From: Dictyostelium discoideum
Lineage: Eukaryota
Direction of reading: 5' to 3'
NCBI GenBank assembly: GCA_000004695.1
Contig: CM000152.2
Location: 5,760,001 to 5,824,000 of the forward strand
DNA length: 64,000 nt
The position numbers and the translations under genes were made by a program. Every line of letters starts with the position of its first letter. Within the stretch, counting starts at the first letter, position 1. This document shows positions 11,651 to 21,579 of the stretch, piece after piece. Below the pieces are notes generated by a model that saw nothing but the letters and a program-made list of their open reading frames with translations, was not told the origin of the DNA and searched no databases.

Positions 11651-12053
11651 CTATAAAATTTGACATACGCATTCACCACCACCAAAACCACATAAATCAC
11701 ATTCACAACAAGACCCACCCAAATCATATAAAATTCTAATATTTGTTGACTCTATAACTTTGAATTTTTTTAATTTAAATTTATCATGTTTTTGAGACAA
11801 TTTTTTATTATTTAATTCGATCTATATAATTTTAAATAAAATAAAATTAAAATCTTTTAATTTTAAATAAAATAAAATTAAAATCTTTTTAAAAAAAAAA
11901 ACTAATAATTTAAACACTTACAATTTGCATATCTATTGGTATTTTTTCTTTTTCATATATAAAACTTTTTAAAATATAAATAGTTGGATCAATTTGTCCA
12001 TTCATATCAAATTCTAATATTTTATCTGTTGGTAGTAAACATTTAATAATCAT
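11651..12053 (-). CDS. Ubiquitin-like GG / Cys-rich / CaaX protein (copy E, most divergent), 2 exons: 11922..12053, 11651..11821; 100 aa
   Basis: Product: MIIKCLLPTDKILEFDMNGQIDPTIYILKSFIYEKEKIPIDMQI|IELNNKKLSQKHDKFKLKKFKVIESTNIRILYDLGGSCCECDLCGFGGGECVCQIL*. The intron is GTAAGT…TATAG and phase 0. It ends in C-Q-I-L. Confidence 0.6.
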
Positions 12054-12422
12054 TTTTTCAAACTTATTTAAATTTTAATTGGAAAAATAGAAATTTTAAA
12101 AATATTAAAACAAAATAATTAGTAACAATAAAATAAACAAAAAAAAAAATAAATAATAATAATAATAATAATATTAATAAATAATAAATAAAAAATTTTT
12201 TAAAAATTAATTGAAAAATAAATTAAAATATTATAATAAAATTAATTAATAAAAAAAAGTAAAAAATAAACAATACAATAAACAAAACCCACAAACATTA
12301 TTATCTAATAATTCCATGTATAGTATTTCGAAAGTGGGTAGTAGGTTTCTTTAAAATTATATTAAGTATATATATATGTATTTTTTTTTTTTTTTTTTTT
12401 TTTTTAAAATTTTTCTTTTTAT

Positions 12423-12457
<35 letters not shown>

Positions 12458-12492
12458 TTAAATTATAATATTATATATTGTTTTGAAATTGT

Positions 12493-12774
12493 TTATTTCT
12501 TTTTCTTCATAGCTTGTTTACCTTGACCTTTCTTAATTTCTGGTTTACCTCTTTGTTGATCTCTTTCACGAGTTTCTACCTTTGTGAGTGCTTTATCATC
12601 TGTATTACCAATCATATGTCTTGAAATTAATGGTTTTGAATAATATTGAGTTAAATAATCACCAATTAATGGTTTTCTAAGATATTTTAAACCCATATTT
12701 GGACTACCTTCTGGTCTAAATCCAAAAATTCTTAATGATGCTGAATATGCACTTTGTAATTGTCTTGCAATCAT
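12493..12774 (-). CDS. Mitochondrial ribosomal protein mS33 (MRPS33 / yeast Rsm27 family), 93 aa
   Basis: MIARQLQSAYSASLRIFGFRPEGSPNMGLKYLRKPLIGDYLTQYY… aligns with yeast Rsm27 (…[34 protein letters not shown]…) and human MRPS33 (…SRLSARLFGE…). The C-terminal basic tail GKPEIKKGQGKQAMKKKK also matches. Recalled from memory with no search. Confidence 0.6.
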   Translation of the reverse strand: MIARQLQSAYSASLRIFGFRPEGSPNMGLKYLRKPLIGDYLTQYYSKPLISRHMIGNTDDKALTKVETRERDQQRGKPEIKKGQGKQAMKKKK

Positions 12775-13377
12775 TTTTTATTTATATATTTATATGTACA
12801 AAGAATTTCTTTATATATATATATATATAATAAAATATAATTTTATTATAAAATTGATGAATTTTAATAAATATATTGATAATGATATTGATAGTGATAT
12901 TGATAATGATATTGATAAATTAAGGTATTATTATTATTTATAATTAATCTATTAGTATACTGTATGAATTTTGAGTTTTTCTGAATAAACTGCTACTATG
13001 GTATAAAATGATAATTAATAATAATAAAATTTAATAAAAACCTACCTAATATAGAATTTAAAAAAAAAAAAAAAAATACAAAATATTTGTGTTATTATTA
13101 TTATAATTTAGAAAAAAAAAAAAAGTTATACAAAAAATTGGTTTGATCAATATTTTTCGTTTCAAAAAAAAAAAAAATTTAAAAAAAAAAAATAAAAAAT
13201 AAAAAAAAAAAAAATAAAAATAAAAAATGTGAAAATAAAAAAAAAATAAAAAATAAAAAATTTCATATGAAATTCTGTCTTTGTCGTTTTTGGAAATAAA
13301 CAAAAAATTGTAAAATGATTTTTAATTTTTTTTCTAAACACTTTTTTTTTTTTTTTCCATATAAAAAGCTCTAAATA

Positions 13378-14178
13378 CTATTCATCTTTATTTCTATTTA
13401 TATTTAAATTATTAGGATTTTTTGAAGATTCCATTGCATCTAATACCACATTTAGTGAGGTTGAAGCAACTAACATTTTTTTAATTTCAATTAAATCCTC
13501 TTCATCTAAATCACATTCACCAGTACGTTTATTTTTAAATATTTCTTTTAAAAGTAATTCAAAACCTTCATCTGTAAGATCTTTATATGAAAATTTATCA
13601 TCCTCTATAATATCTTCATTCTTTGATTTTAAAATTACTGGTTTTATACTTGACTCTTCTTCAACTGTTATATCTTCATTTAAAAAATTTCTTTCCATTT
13701 TATTTTGGTGACTTTCTAATTCTTGGTCTAAACTATTATAATAATAATTATTTATTATTTTAAAATTTAAATTTTAATACTAATGTGGGAAAATAGTAAT
13801 ATTATTATAATCATAATTATGTTACATTATTTCCCAATCTTCATCTGTAAATTTCACAGGTCGATAAGAATTTTTTGAAATTTTTTTTTTTGTAAGATCT
13901 TCAACTACTGAACTATGATATTTTCCTTTAAATGGTTGATTATTTCTCATTCTATATTCATGATCTCTTTTGGCTTGAATATTTTCTATTGTTTCTCCAT
14001 ATTCCTCTTCATCATCATCGTCATCAAATATATTTCTTGATTTACCATAAAAACGTTTTTTATTATTATTATAATTATTATTATTAACTGAATATATATT
14101 TATATTAAAAGAGGTAATTATATTTTTAAAAACATCTTTAATTATTAATCTATTATTATTATTACAAATTTTAATCAT
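13378..14178 (-). CDS. Hypothetical acidic protein, 2 exons: 13826..14178, 13378..13732 (235 aa); merges two ORF-track entries
   Basis: The first ORF appears to end in EDWEIM*, but GTAACA at 13825..13821 is a donor placed just before the stop. A TATAATAG acceptor at 13733 restores the frame into the second ORF (…FTDEDWEI|ILDQELESHQNKMERNFLNEDIT…). The 93-nt intron is A/T-rich. Phases add up: 353 + 355 nt. No family recognised. Confidence 0.4.
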
Positions 14179-14277
14179 TTTTTTATTTTTTTATTTTTTT
14201 TTTTTTTTTTAATTTTCGTTTTAATCAAAAAAAAAAAATAAAAAAAAAAATAATTTTTATCCAACTTTTTTGATTTT

Positions 14278-14327
<50 letters not shown>

Positions 14328-14332
14328 AAACT

Positions 14333-14364
<32 letters not shown>

Positions 14365-14365
<1 letters not shown>

Positions 14366-14968
14366 TGGCACAAAATAATAATAATAATAATAATAATGAA
14401 ACAGATACAGAAAAAGTTGAAAGATTAAAAAAAAAAATTGAAAAAATTAAAGAAGATAGAATTGAAAATGAAAATAGTTTAAAAGATTTACGACTATCAT
14501 CTAGACCAACATATTTAGCTGGTGGTATATTTGGCGCAGCTGCAATTTATTATAATTTAAAAAAAAAATCAAAATTAGCAAAATTTTCATTATTATCATC
14601 TGGTTTAATTGTTTTTTCTGGGTAAATAAATAAATAATAGATAAAATAAAATAAATAAATTAAAATTTTTTTTTTTTTTTACTAATCAATATGAAATAAA
14701 AAATAATAAAATAAATAGTCATTTAATTGATCGTGGTGAGGAGAAATTTGGAACAATTTTAGCAGGTGGTGTATCAGCAATTTTATCAGGAACAACTATA
14801 GCAAGTGGATTTAAAAATAAAAAAATATTACCATTGGCATTAGGAACTGTTGCTGTTGCATCAATGAGTTATCATGGTTTCTTTTCATTATATAATAGTT
14901 TGGATCAAGTTAAAGAATTAATTGATACTCATGATGAAAATGTAAAAATTATAAAACAACAAAAATAA
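14365..14968 (+). CDS. Small two-exon transmembrane protein, exons 14365..14621, 14719..14968 (about 168 aa)
   Basis: Exon 1: MAQNNNNNNNNETDTEKVERLKKKIEKIKEDRIENENSLKDLRLSSRPTYLAGGIFGAAAIYYNLKKKSKLAKFSLLSSGLIVFSG, ending at a GGTAAAT donor. Exon 2 follows the AATAG acceptor at 14718: HLIDRGEEKFGTILAGGVSAILSGTTIASGFKNKKILPLALGTVAVASMSYHGFFSLYNSLDQVKELIDTHDENVKIIKQQK*. It has three Gly/Ala-rich hydrophobic segments. Family not identified. Confidence 0.45.
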
Positions 14969-15151
14969 TAATAATAATAAAAATGAAATTATATAAAGAA
15001 AAACAATAATACATATATATTTATTTTAAAATTTTTTTTATTTTTTTTAAAAAAAAGATATTATAATAGTGGTAATAGTAATAATAGTAATAATAATATG
15101 ATAATATGATAATATACAAATTATGTATATGTAATTTTTTTTTTTTTTTTT

Positions 15152-17009
15152 TTAATTTGCTAATTTAAAAGTAGTTTCTTCACAACCATATGCTTTTGGT
15201 GATAATTGAATTAAAGTATGTAATGGAATATTAATGAAGGGGCATTCTTCTTTAACTCTACCTTTGAGATAAGAATAGAGACAACGAAGAGTGGCTTGAT
15301 GAGAAACGATTAGGACTGGTGATTTAGTTCTTTCCAATTCTAATAATAGAGGTTCAAGACGTTGAATTACATCTTCATAACTTTCACCTCTTGGATAACG
15401 ATATTGAAGTTTATCAGAATCACGAGCAGCCCTTTCATCTGGCATTTTCTCTTGAATTTCTTCATAGGTCATACCATCGCAAACACCAGCATCAATTTCA
15501 TCCAATGCTCTCATTACAACCTTTGGTTGAGAGATATATTGAGCTGTACGAATTGCACGTTTCAAACTTGAGGTCCATACCACAACTTCACCATCGTAGC
15601 CGTCAGCACGGACTTTTGAACACCATTCACTAATCCAAACGGCCAATTGGTGGGCGTAGTTATCGCCACGTTCAGTGAGGTCGCTGTCGCCACCAATACG
15701 ATTTTGGGCGTTGAACTCGCTCTCGCCCTGACGGGTCAACCAGATGGGACGGGGGTGGAGGTTGGAGGTTCATGAGGAAGAACACCACCCTGCTTGGTAT
15801 GTACCCGGTGATGTTATTCACCTCGATCTTCTTGCCAACATCGAATAGCTTTATGTAGCGAGTTTTCTCGCCCTCCACAGTCTCATACACTTTTAGATAA
15901 TGATTGATTCTATCACGAAAGTCTTGCACGGCCTTGGAGGGATCCACACCCTGGTAATCGGGTGACAATAGTTTGGTCTCCTTAATGTTATGTTCGATCA
16001 CTGATGCATCATTACAAATTGATTCTACATAAACCACAGTCATCTTTTCACGAGTGCATCTTTTCTCTACTAATTGTCTTCTCTCGTTGGTGGAGTTGGT
16101 CGCATCGTAAATACCAACCCTACCACCGTTATGCAACCATGATATCATGTCGTCCAATGCCGCAACTGCCATATGCAATCTCGCCTTTATACCCTCTGGA
16201 TTATGTGGATCAAAGAAGTCATGTGGTTGTCCTGCACCAATTCTTAATCTTCTATATTCTCCAACATTAAACACCTTGGCTGGTACTAACATCCAATTTA
16301 ACATTCTACATATCTTTCTTGCAACATATGTTTTACCTCTTGCTGGTAATCCAACCATTACTAAAACTATCTTTTCTTTATCTAATCCTGTATAACCTTG
16401 TGATCTTTTTTTTGTATCTTCATCTTTTTAAAAATATAAAAAAAAAAAAAAAAATTAATTAATAATCTTTTTTTTTTTTTTTTTTTTTTTTTTCTTTTTT
16501 TTCTCTCTCTCTCTCTCTCTCTCCTACAACTTACTATACTCATGTCTAATTAATAATTCTTGATGTTCTTTTATATCATTAACATCAATAACTTGTTGTT
16601 CTTTATTTGTACCTTTATCAATTATAAGGAATTGAATATCAACATCTTTTGGAAATTCTGGAAACTTTTGTAAAAATAAAAATTTTAAATCTTCAACAGA
16701 AATACCTTTAAAATATGCTTTTTTAACTCTATCTTTAACTCTAAAAAATATTTCTCTACTATTTGGTATTGACGATGATGATGTTGTTGTTGTTGATGGT
16801 GTTGGTGAATTTACATTATAATTATTATTGTCATTATTATTATTTATATTAAAATTATTACCATATCTATTTGAAGAAGGTGATGATGACCCTGCTATAT
16901 TACTCCCAGGTGGTGATGAAGATGGTGATGATTTCGGTATTGAATAATTTGATTCATCATGGTCATTATGATTATTATCTACTGTTATTTGCGTTGTAAA
17001 TATATTATT
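15152..17009 (-). CDS. 6-phosphofructo-2-kinase/fructose-2,6-bisphosphatase (PFKFB). The main exon 15152..16423 carries an apparent +1 frameshift near 15751..15755. The upstream exon 16535..17009 is PB1-like, Ser/Asn-rich and has no start codon
   Basis: The kinase domain (…KIVLVMVGLPARGKTYVARKICRMLNWM…) and the histidine-phosphatase domain (…LTRQGESEFNAQNRIGGDSDLTERG…VVVWTSSLKRAIRTAQ…RYPRGESYEDV…) are both present. Two overlapping ORF-track entries (15672..16358, 15152..15739) join into the expected …FFLMNLQPPPRPIWLTRQGESEFN only if one C is removed from the C5/G5 run. The upstream exon ends …LIRHEY + a | GTAAGT at 16534. The intron (containing (CT)11) ends AAAAAG at 16424, and the splice is in frame into N-EDTKKRSQGYTGLDKEKIVLVMVG. 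The upstream exon is open from the stop at 17010 to 16535 and contains no in-frame ATG. Confidence 0.6.
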
Positions 17010-17522
17010 TTATGATATTGATTTATGCATTTTATAATTTTTTTTTGTATAGCTGTTTTTTTTTTTATATTTTATATTTTTAATTTTATTTTTATTTTTA
17101 TTTTAATTATTTTTAGTACTATTTTACATTAAGGGAAAAAAAAAGTTTTTTTTTTTTTTTAAATTTGGTTAATTTTTTTAAAAATCAAAATTTAAATTTA
17201 TTTAAATTTCTTTTTTTTTTTTTTACTTTATTTCACAACAAAACTTTTATTAGAAAAAAAAAAAAAAAAAAAATTGAAATTTCAAAAATTTTATAAAAAA
17301 AAAAAAATAACCCCTAGAATAAAAAAAAAAAATAAAAAATAAATAAAAAATAAAAAAAAAAAAAAATATCCTGCATCACACCACACTAACAAAACATTTT
17401 TTTTTTTAATTTTTTGTTAATTTTCATTTTTTTTAATTTTTTTTTTTTAATTTTTTTTTTTATTTTATTTTTTTTTCATTTTTCCCCCATCCATTTGATT
17501 TGAAGATTGGATATAATAGGAA

Positions 17523-19929
17523 ATGGATCACCACAAACAATTGACATTACAAACCACATTAGAAAGTTGTAATAATTTATATAATTTATTATTTAATAGT
17601 ATTGGCTCAATTAAACCATCACAACAACAACAACAACAACAACAAAATCAAAAAAATACAAATTCAGTTACATCTAATACAAATATTATAAATGATCAAG
17701 AGATATTTAAATTAAATAAATTTCATTTATATGGTGAGAATAATATAGATGAATTATATAATTCAATAGAATTACAATTACAAACTATTAAATTCACATG
17801 CCAACAATATAGACAATGGGATAGCACAGAAAGAGATTCAATTAAATTTTTTAATACTCAAAAACTTTATAACCAATCACAACAACGTGGTAATTTAGTT
17901 TCAAAAACTTTATTTGATTGTTCATTACTTGGTAAAATTTATTTAAATCAACAAAAAGAACAACAACAACAACAAAAACAAAAAAATAAACAACAACAAC
18001 AACAACCACAACCATTAGTTGAAGATTTATCAAAAAATATTTCAAAAACAGTTGAAGTTAAAAGAAAATTAGGTTTATTAGCAGGTAAATTACAAGAAAT
18101 GACAAATGAATTAAATAATAAATATTCAACATTCTCTGTATTGGATGATTTATTAGGTTTATTAAAAAGTAATACTGAAATTGATTATAATTCAGATTCA
18201 TATGTTAGTTGTAATATTTCTTCTTCAACTTTTTTATTAGATGTAAGTTTTTTTATACTTTCCACCACCACCACTTCCACCATCACTACCACCACTACCA
18301 ACATCACCACCACCAACTCCAATTTATTAAATTTTATAAATTTATATATATTATATTTAGATTGATATTTATCATAATGGTGAAATTAAAGAAGTTAAAC
18401 TTGTACATATTTTAACAACTACTGGTGAAGTTGAACCAGCTGAACAACAATTTAATGATGAATTAACCAATTCATTGAAAACAGATATGAAAGAATTCAT
18501 TAAAAAAGTACAAAGAATTTGTGATTTAGATTTACTATTTAGAAAGTATAAACATTTTGATTTACAAAAAGCATTTTCAATTTTACAATCTGATTTTTTA
18601 AATATTTCAATTAATTCAAAGTAAGTTTTTTTTTTTTTTTTTAAACTTAATTACAATCAATCAATGAATAAATAAATAATGAATAATAAATAATAAATAA
18701 TAAATTTTAATTAATAAAATTTTATAAAAAAAAGTATAAAATATATTGATAATAAAGAAATTGAAATGAATAAAGGATTTGGTGAAATTAAATTAGATTG
18801 TTGTGGAGTTTTAATTAAATATTTTCAATCATATATTGAAAAGATATCAAAGATGAATGAACCTTATTCAATAATGATTGAAATGGAATCATCAGCAGTT
18901 ACAAATAATGGTTCATTAATTGATCAATCTGAATATTCAAGATTATCTTTAAAAACTTTATTACAAAAACAACAACATACTCAACCATCAGCTCAAACAG
19001 ATTATTCAGAACAACAACAACAACAATCAATATCAACACAATTAACATCAATTGAATTTAATGAGAAAGATTGTTTAGATTGTGAACCACTTTCATCAAT
19101 GTTGGAAAGTGATTCAATATTTTCACCAGTTAGATTGGTTTGTAAATTAAATAAACCAATTTTAATTACAAATCAACAATTATCAAAAATTTTAAATTTA
19201 TCAAAAATTCATAGATCATCACAACAGCCATCCCAACAACAGCCATCTCAACAACAACAACAACAACAACAACAACAGCAACAAAAGAAATTAAATTCAG
19301 TTGATGAATCAATGAATGAAAATGGTGATAGTAATATTATTGAAAATATTAATGAATTAATAAAGAAATATTCAATTCAAAATCTTTTAATATCATCATC
19401 ATCATCATCATCATCATCAAATGATTCAAATATTTCGGTGAATGTTGATAATAGTTTTGATTGTGAAGTTTATGGTATGAAACAAAGATATTATTATACA
19501 GGTGAATTTGAATTAGGAATTGAAATTTCAAGAATACCAATTTATCATCCAAGTCAAGTTTATCCAACAATTCAATTATTAAGACAACAAATTGTATTTA
19601 ATATTTTATTTAAAAGTTGTTTTCAAAATTTAAATATCTCTAAAAGTGATGATCATCATAATATTATTGATAATAATAATGATGTTAAAATTTTTGAAAT
19701 CACATCAAATCCACCAAATTCTATAAATATAATATTTTTACATCCAATTGATAATAGTTTTAACTCTATTGATATCTTTATAAAGAATAATGGAGATTTA
19801 GAAGCTTTCTATTATGATAATACAACAAATATCCAACCAAATATTCAAAAATCAACTTTATTTACAAAAATGTTGATAAAATCTTTATCAATTTCAGTTT
19901 CTTTAGCATGTTTTTTTAAAAATAAATAA
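17523..19929 (+). CDS. Hypothetical Gln/Asn-rich protein, 3 exons: 17523..18242, 18361..18620, 18735..19929 (about 724 aa)
   Basis: Exon 1 ends …FLLD | GTAAGT (18243). The 118-nt intron ends ATTTAG at 18360. Exon 2 (IDIYHNGEIKEVKLVHILTTTGEVEPAEQQFNDELTNSLKTDMKEFIKKVQRICDLDLLFRKYKHFDLQKAFSILQSDFLNISINSK) ends …TCA AA | GTAAGT (18621), phase 2. The AAAAAAAAG acceptor at 18734 joins in frame to …NIKYIDNKEIEMNKGFGEIKLDCCGV…. No domain recognised. Confidence 0.5.
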
Positions 19930-21007
19930 TAGTAATAATAATTAAAAAAATAAAAAAACATTCTTTGGATTATTATATTTTATAAAATTAAAATTTTTTT
20001 TTTTTTTTATGTTGTAGCAAACTACATTATTTTTAGGTATTTTTAACGACCTGCACCAGGTTTTTAAAAATCTAAAATTGAAATTTCAATTTCAACCTTT
20101 ATTCATGAAATTTCATTATATATATATATATATATAATCTCGTTAAATATATTCTCATTTTTTTTATATTTATAGTCAAAATCAAAAATAAAAATAAAAA
20201 GACTAATTTTTTAATAAATAATTTTTATTATTTTTTTTTTCTTTTTTTTTTTTTTTTTTAAGAAACTGTGGCTGACTAATAATTTTTTACCTATATTGAA
20301 ATAAAATGTAATTAAAAAAATTTAAAAAAATAATTAGTAAAGTGATTTATTTTTTTAAATTTTAAAAAAATAAAAAAAATAATGAATATAAAAAATTACA
20401 TACATTCTGGTTTTTTCAAAGACACTAACAATACTCATATTTTCTAACCAAAAGTTTAAATTATTACTAAGATTAAATATTCCAGGCTATTAGTGCCAAC
20501 TGGGCCAATACAAACCCTACTAAGGGATTATGGTTTAGTGGTATATTTTTATTATTAATTTTTTATTTTAAGATTTAAAATAAAATCTTAAAAATACTAA
20601 AAGTTAATAATATTTAGTGTGTGGGAGAGATATTTTTTATTTATTTTATTATTAAATTGGGGTAATACCCAGTAAATCCGAAAAATCAAATGTTTTGTAT
20701 TTGATTTTCACGATATCTCGCTGTGCGGTCAAAATAAAATTAAATAACAACGAAAAAATTAAATTACCAAAAAAAAAAAAATTAAATTACCAAAAAAATT
20801 AAATTACCTAAAAAAAAAAAAATATAAATTGTGTGCTCCTGCTGGTATTTTTTTATTTATTTTACTTTTAAAAAATAGGAATATAATTTAAAAAGGTAAA
20901 AAATAAATAAATATATAAAAGAAAAACTTTTTAAAAAAAAAAAATATATTTATATATTAATATAGTTTTTTTAAAAAAAGATATAGAACTAAAAAATTCA
21001 AATAATC

Positions 21008-21208
21008 ATGTTAAAATTTTTAATAGCTATTTTAGTGATATTCTCATTACTTTCAAATTTAAATGCAGTAAATGCAGATAAATATAACTGTGTCTCCAAG
21101 TGTGCTTTTGCTGATCCAAATTATTATAAACTTTGCGCCTTTGGAACCAACGGAAAAGCTTGCAGAGAGATAGAAGAAAGATGTGTAAAGGGATGTCCAG
21201 ATCATTAA
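21008..21208 (+). CDS. Small secreted Cys-rich protein (66 aa; signal peptide plus 6 Cys)
   Basis: MLKFLIAILVIFSLLSNLNA | VNADKYNCVSKCAFADPNYYKLCAFGTNGKACREIEERCVKGCPDH. It has a hydrophobic N-terminus and six Cys residues. The surrounding DNA is A/T-rich and non-coding. Confidence 0.45.
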   Translation: MLKFLIAILVIFSLLSNLNAVNADKYNCVSKCAFADPNYYKLCAFGTNGKACREIEERCVKGCPDH

Positions 21209-21538
21209 TAAAAATGATAAATAAATGTAAAGTTCATTGTTACTTTACGAATTTCAGTTTTATGAAAACTGAAAATAAAAAAAAATAAAAAATATAAACA
21301 ATTTTTCGTTTTTCACTTCCAATCTAAATAAAACATTCTTATTATCTATTTTTGGATTACTAACATATTTAATTATATAATTACTTTATTATTATTGTAC
21401 TTTACAGTTGTAATTTTTTTATATAAGATGACTTGAGATGAGTAACTGGAGTGTCTAATTTTAGGAATTTTAAAAAAAAAAATCAAATAATTTTTGTTCG
21501 ATTGATGTTGAATTATCATAAATTGATTTAATTCAACA

Positions 21539-21549
21539 GGAATCGAACC
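21539..21549 (-). promoter_or_regulatory. External B-box (exB, GGTTCGATTCC) about 31 to 41 nt downstream of the tRNA-Ser 3' end
   Basis: The minus strand reads …ACAGGTTCGATTCCTGT…. This is a second copy of the pol III B-box consensus outside the tRNA body. D. discoideum tRNA genes are known to carry an ex-B box 20 to 40 bp downstream. Confidence 0.55.
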
Positions 21550-21579
21550 TGTGATACAGGTTTTAATGCACTAAAAATT

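Noticed and set aside
16421-16423. The ATG at 16423..16421 as the PFKFB start (MKIQKK…)
   Set aside because: It is one nucleotide out of frame with the kinase domain. The same position instead works as a phase-1 acceptor (AAAAAG|AT…) from the upstream exon. An A8/A9 homopolymer error remains a possible alternative.
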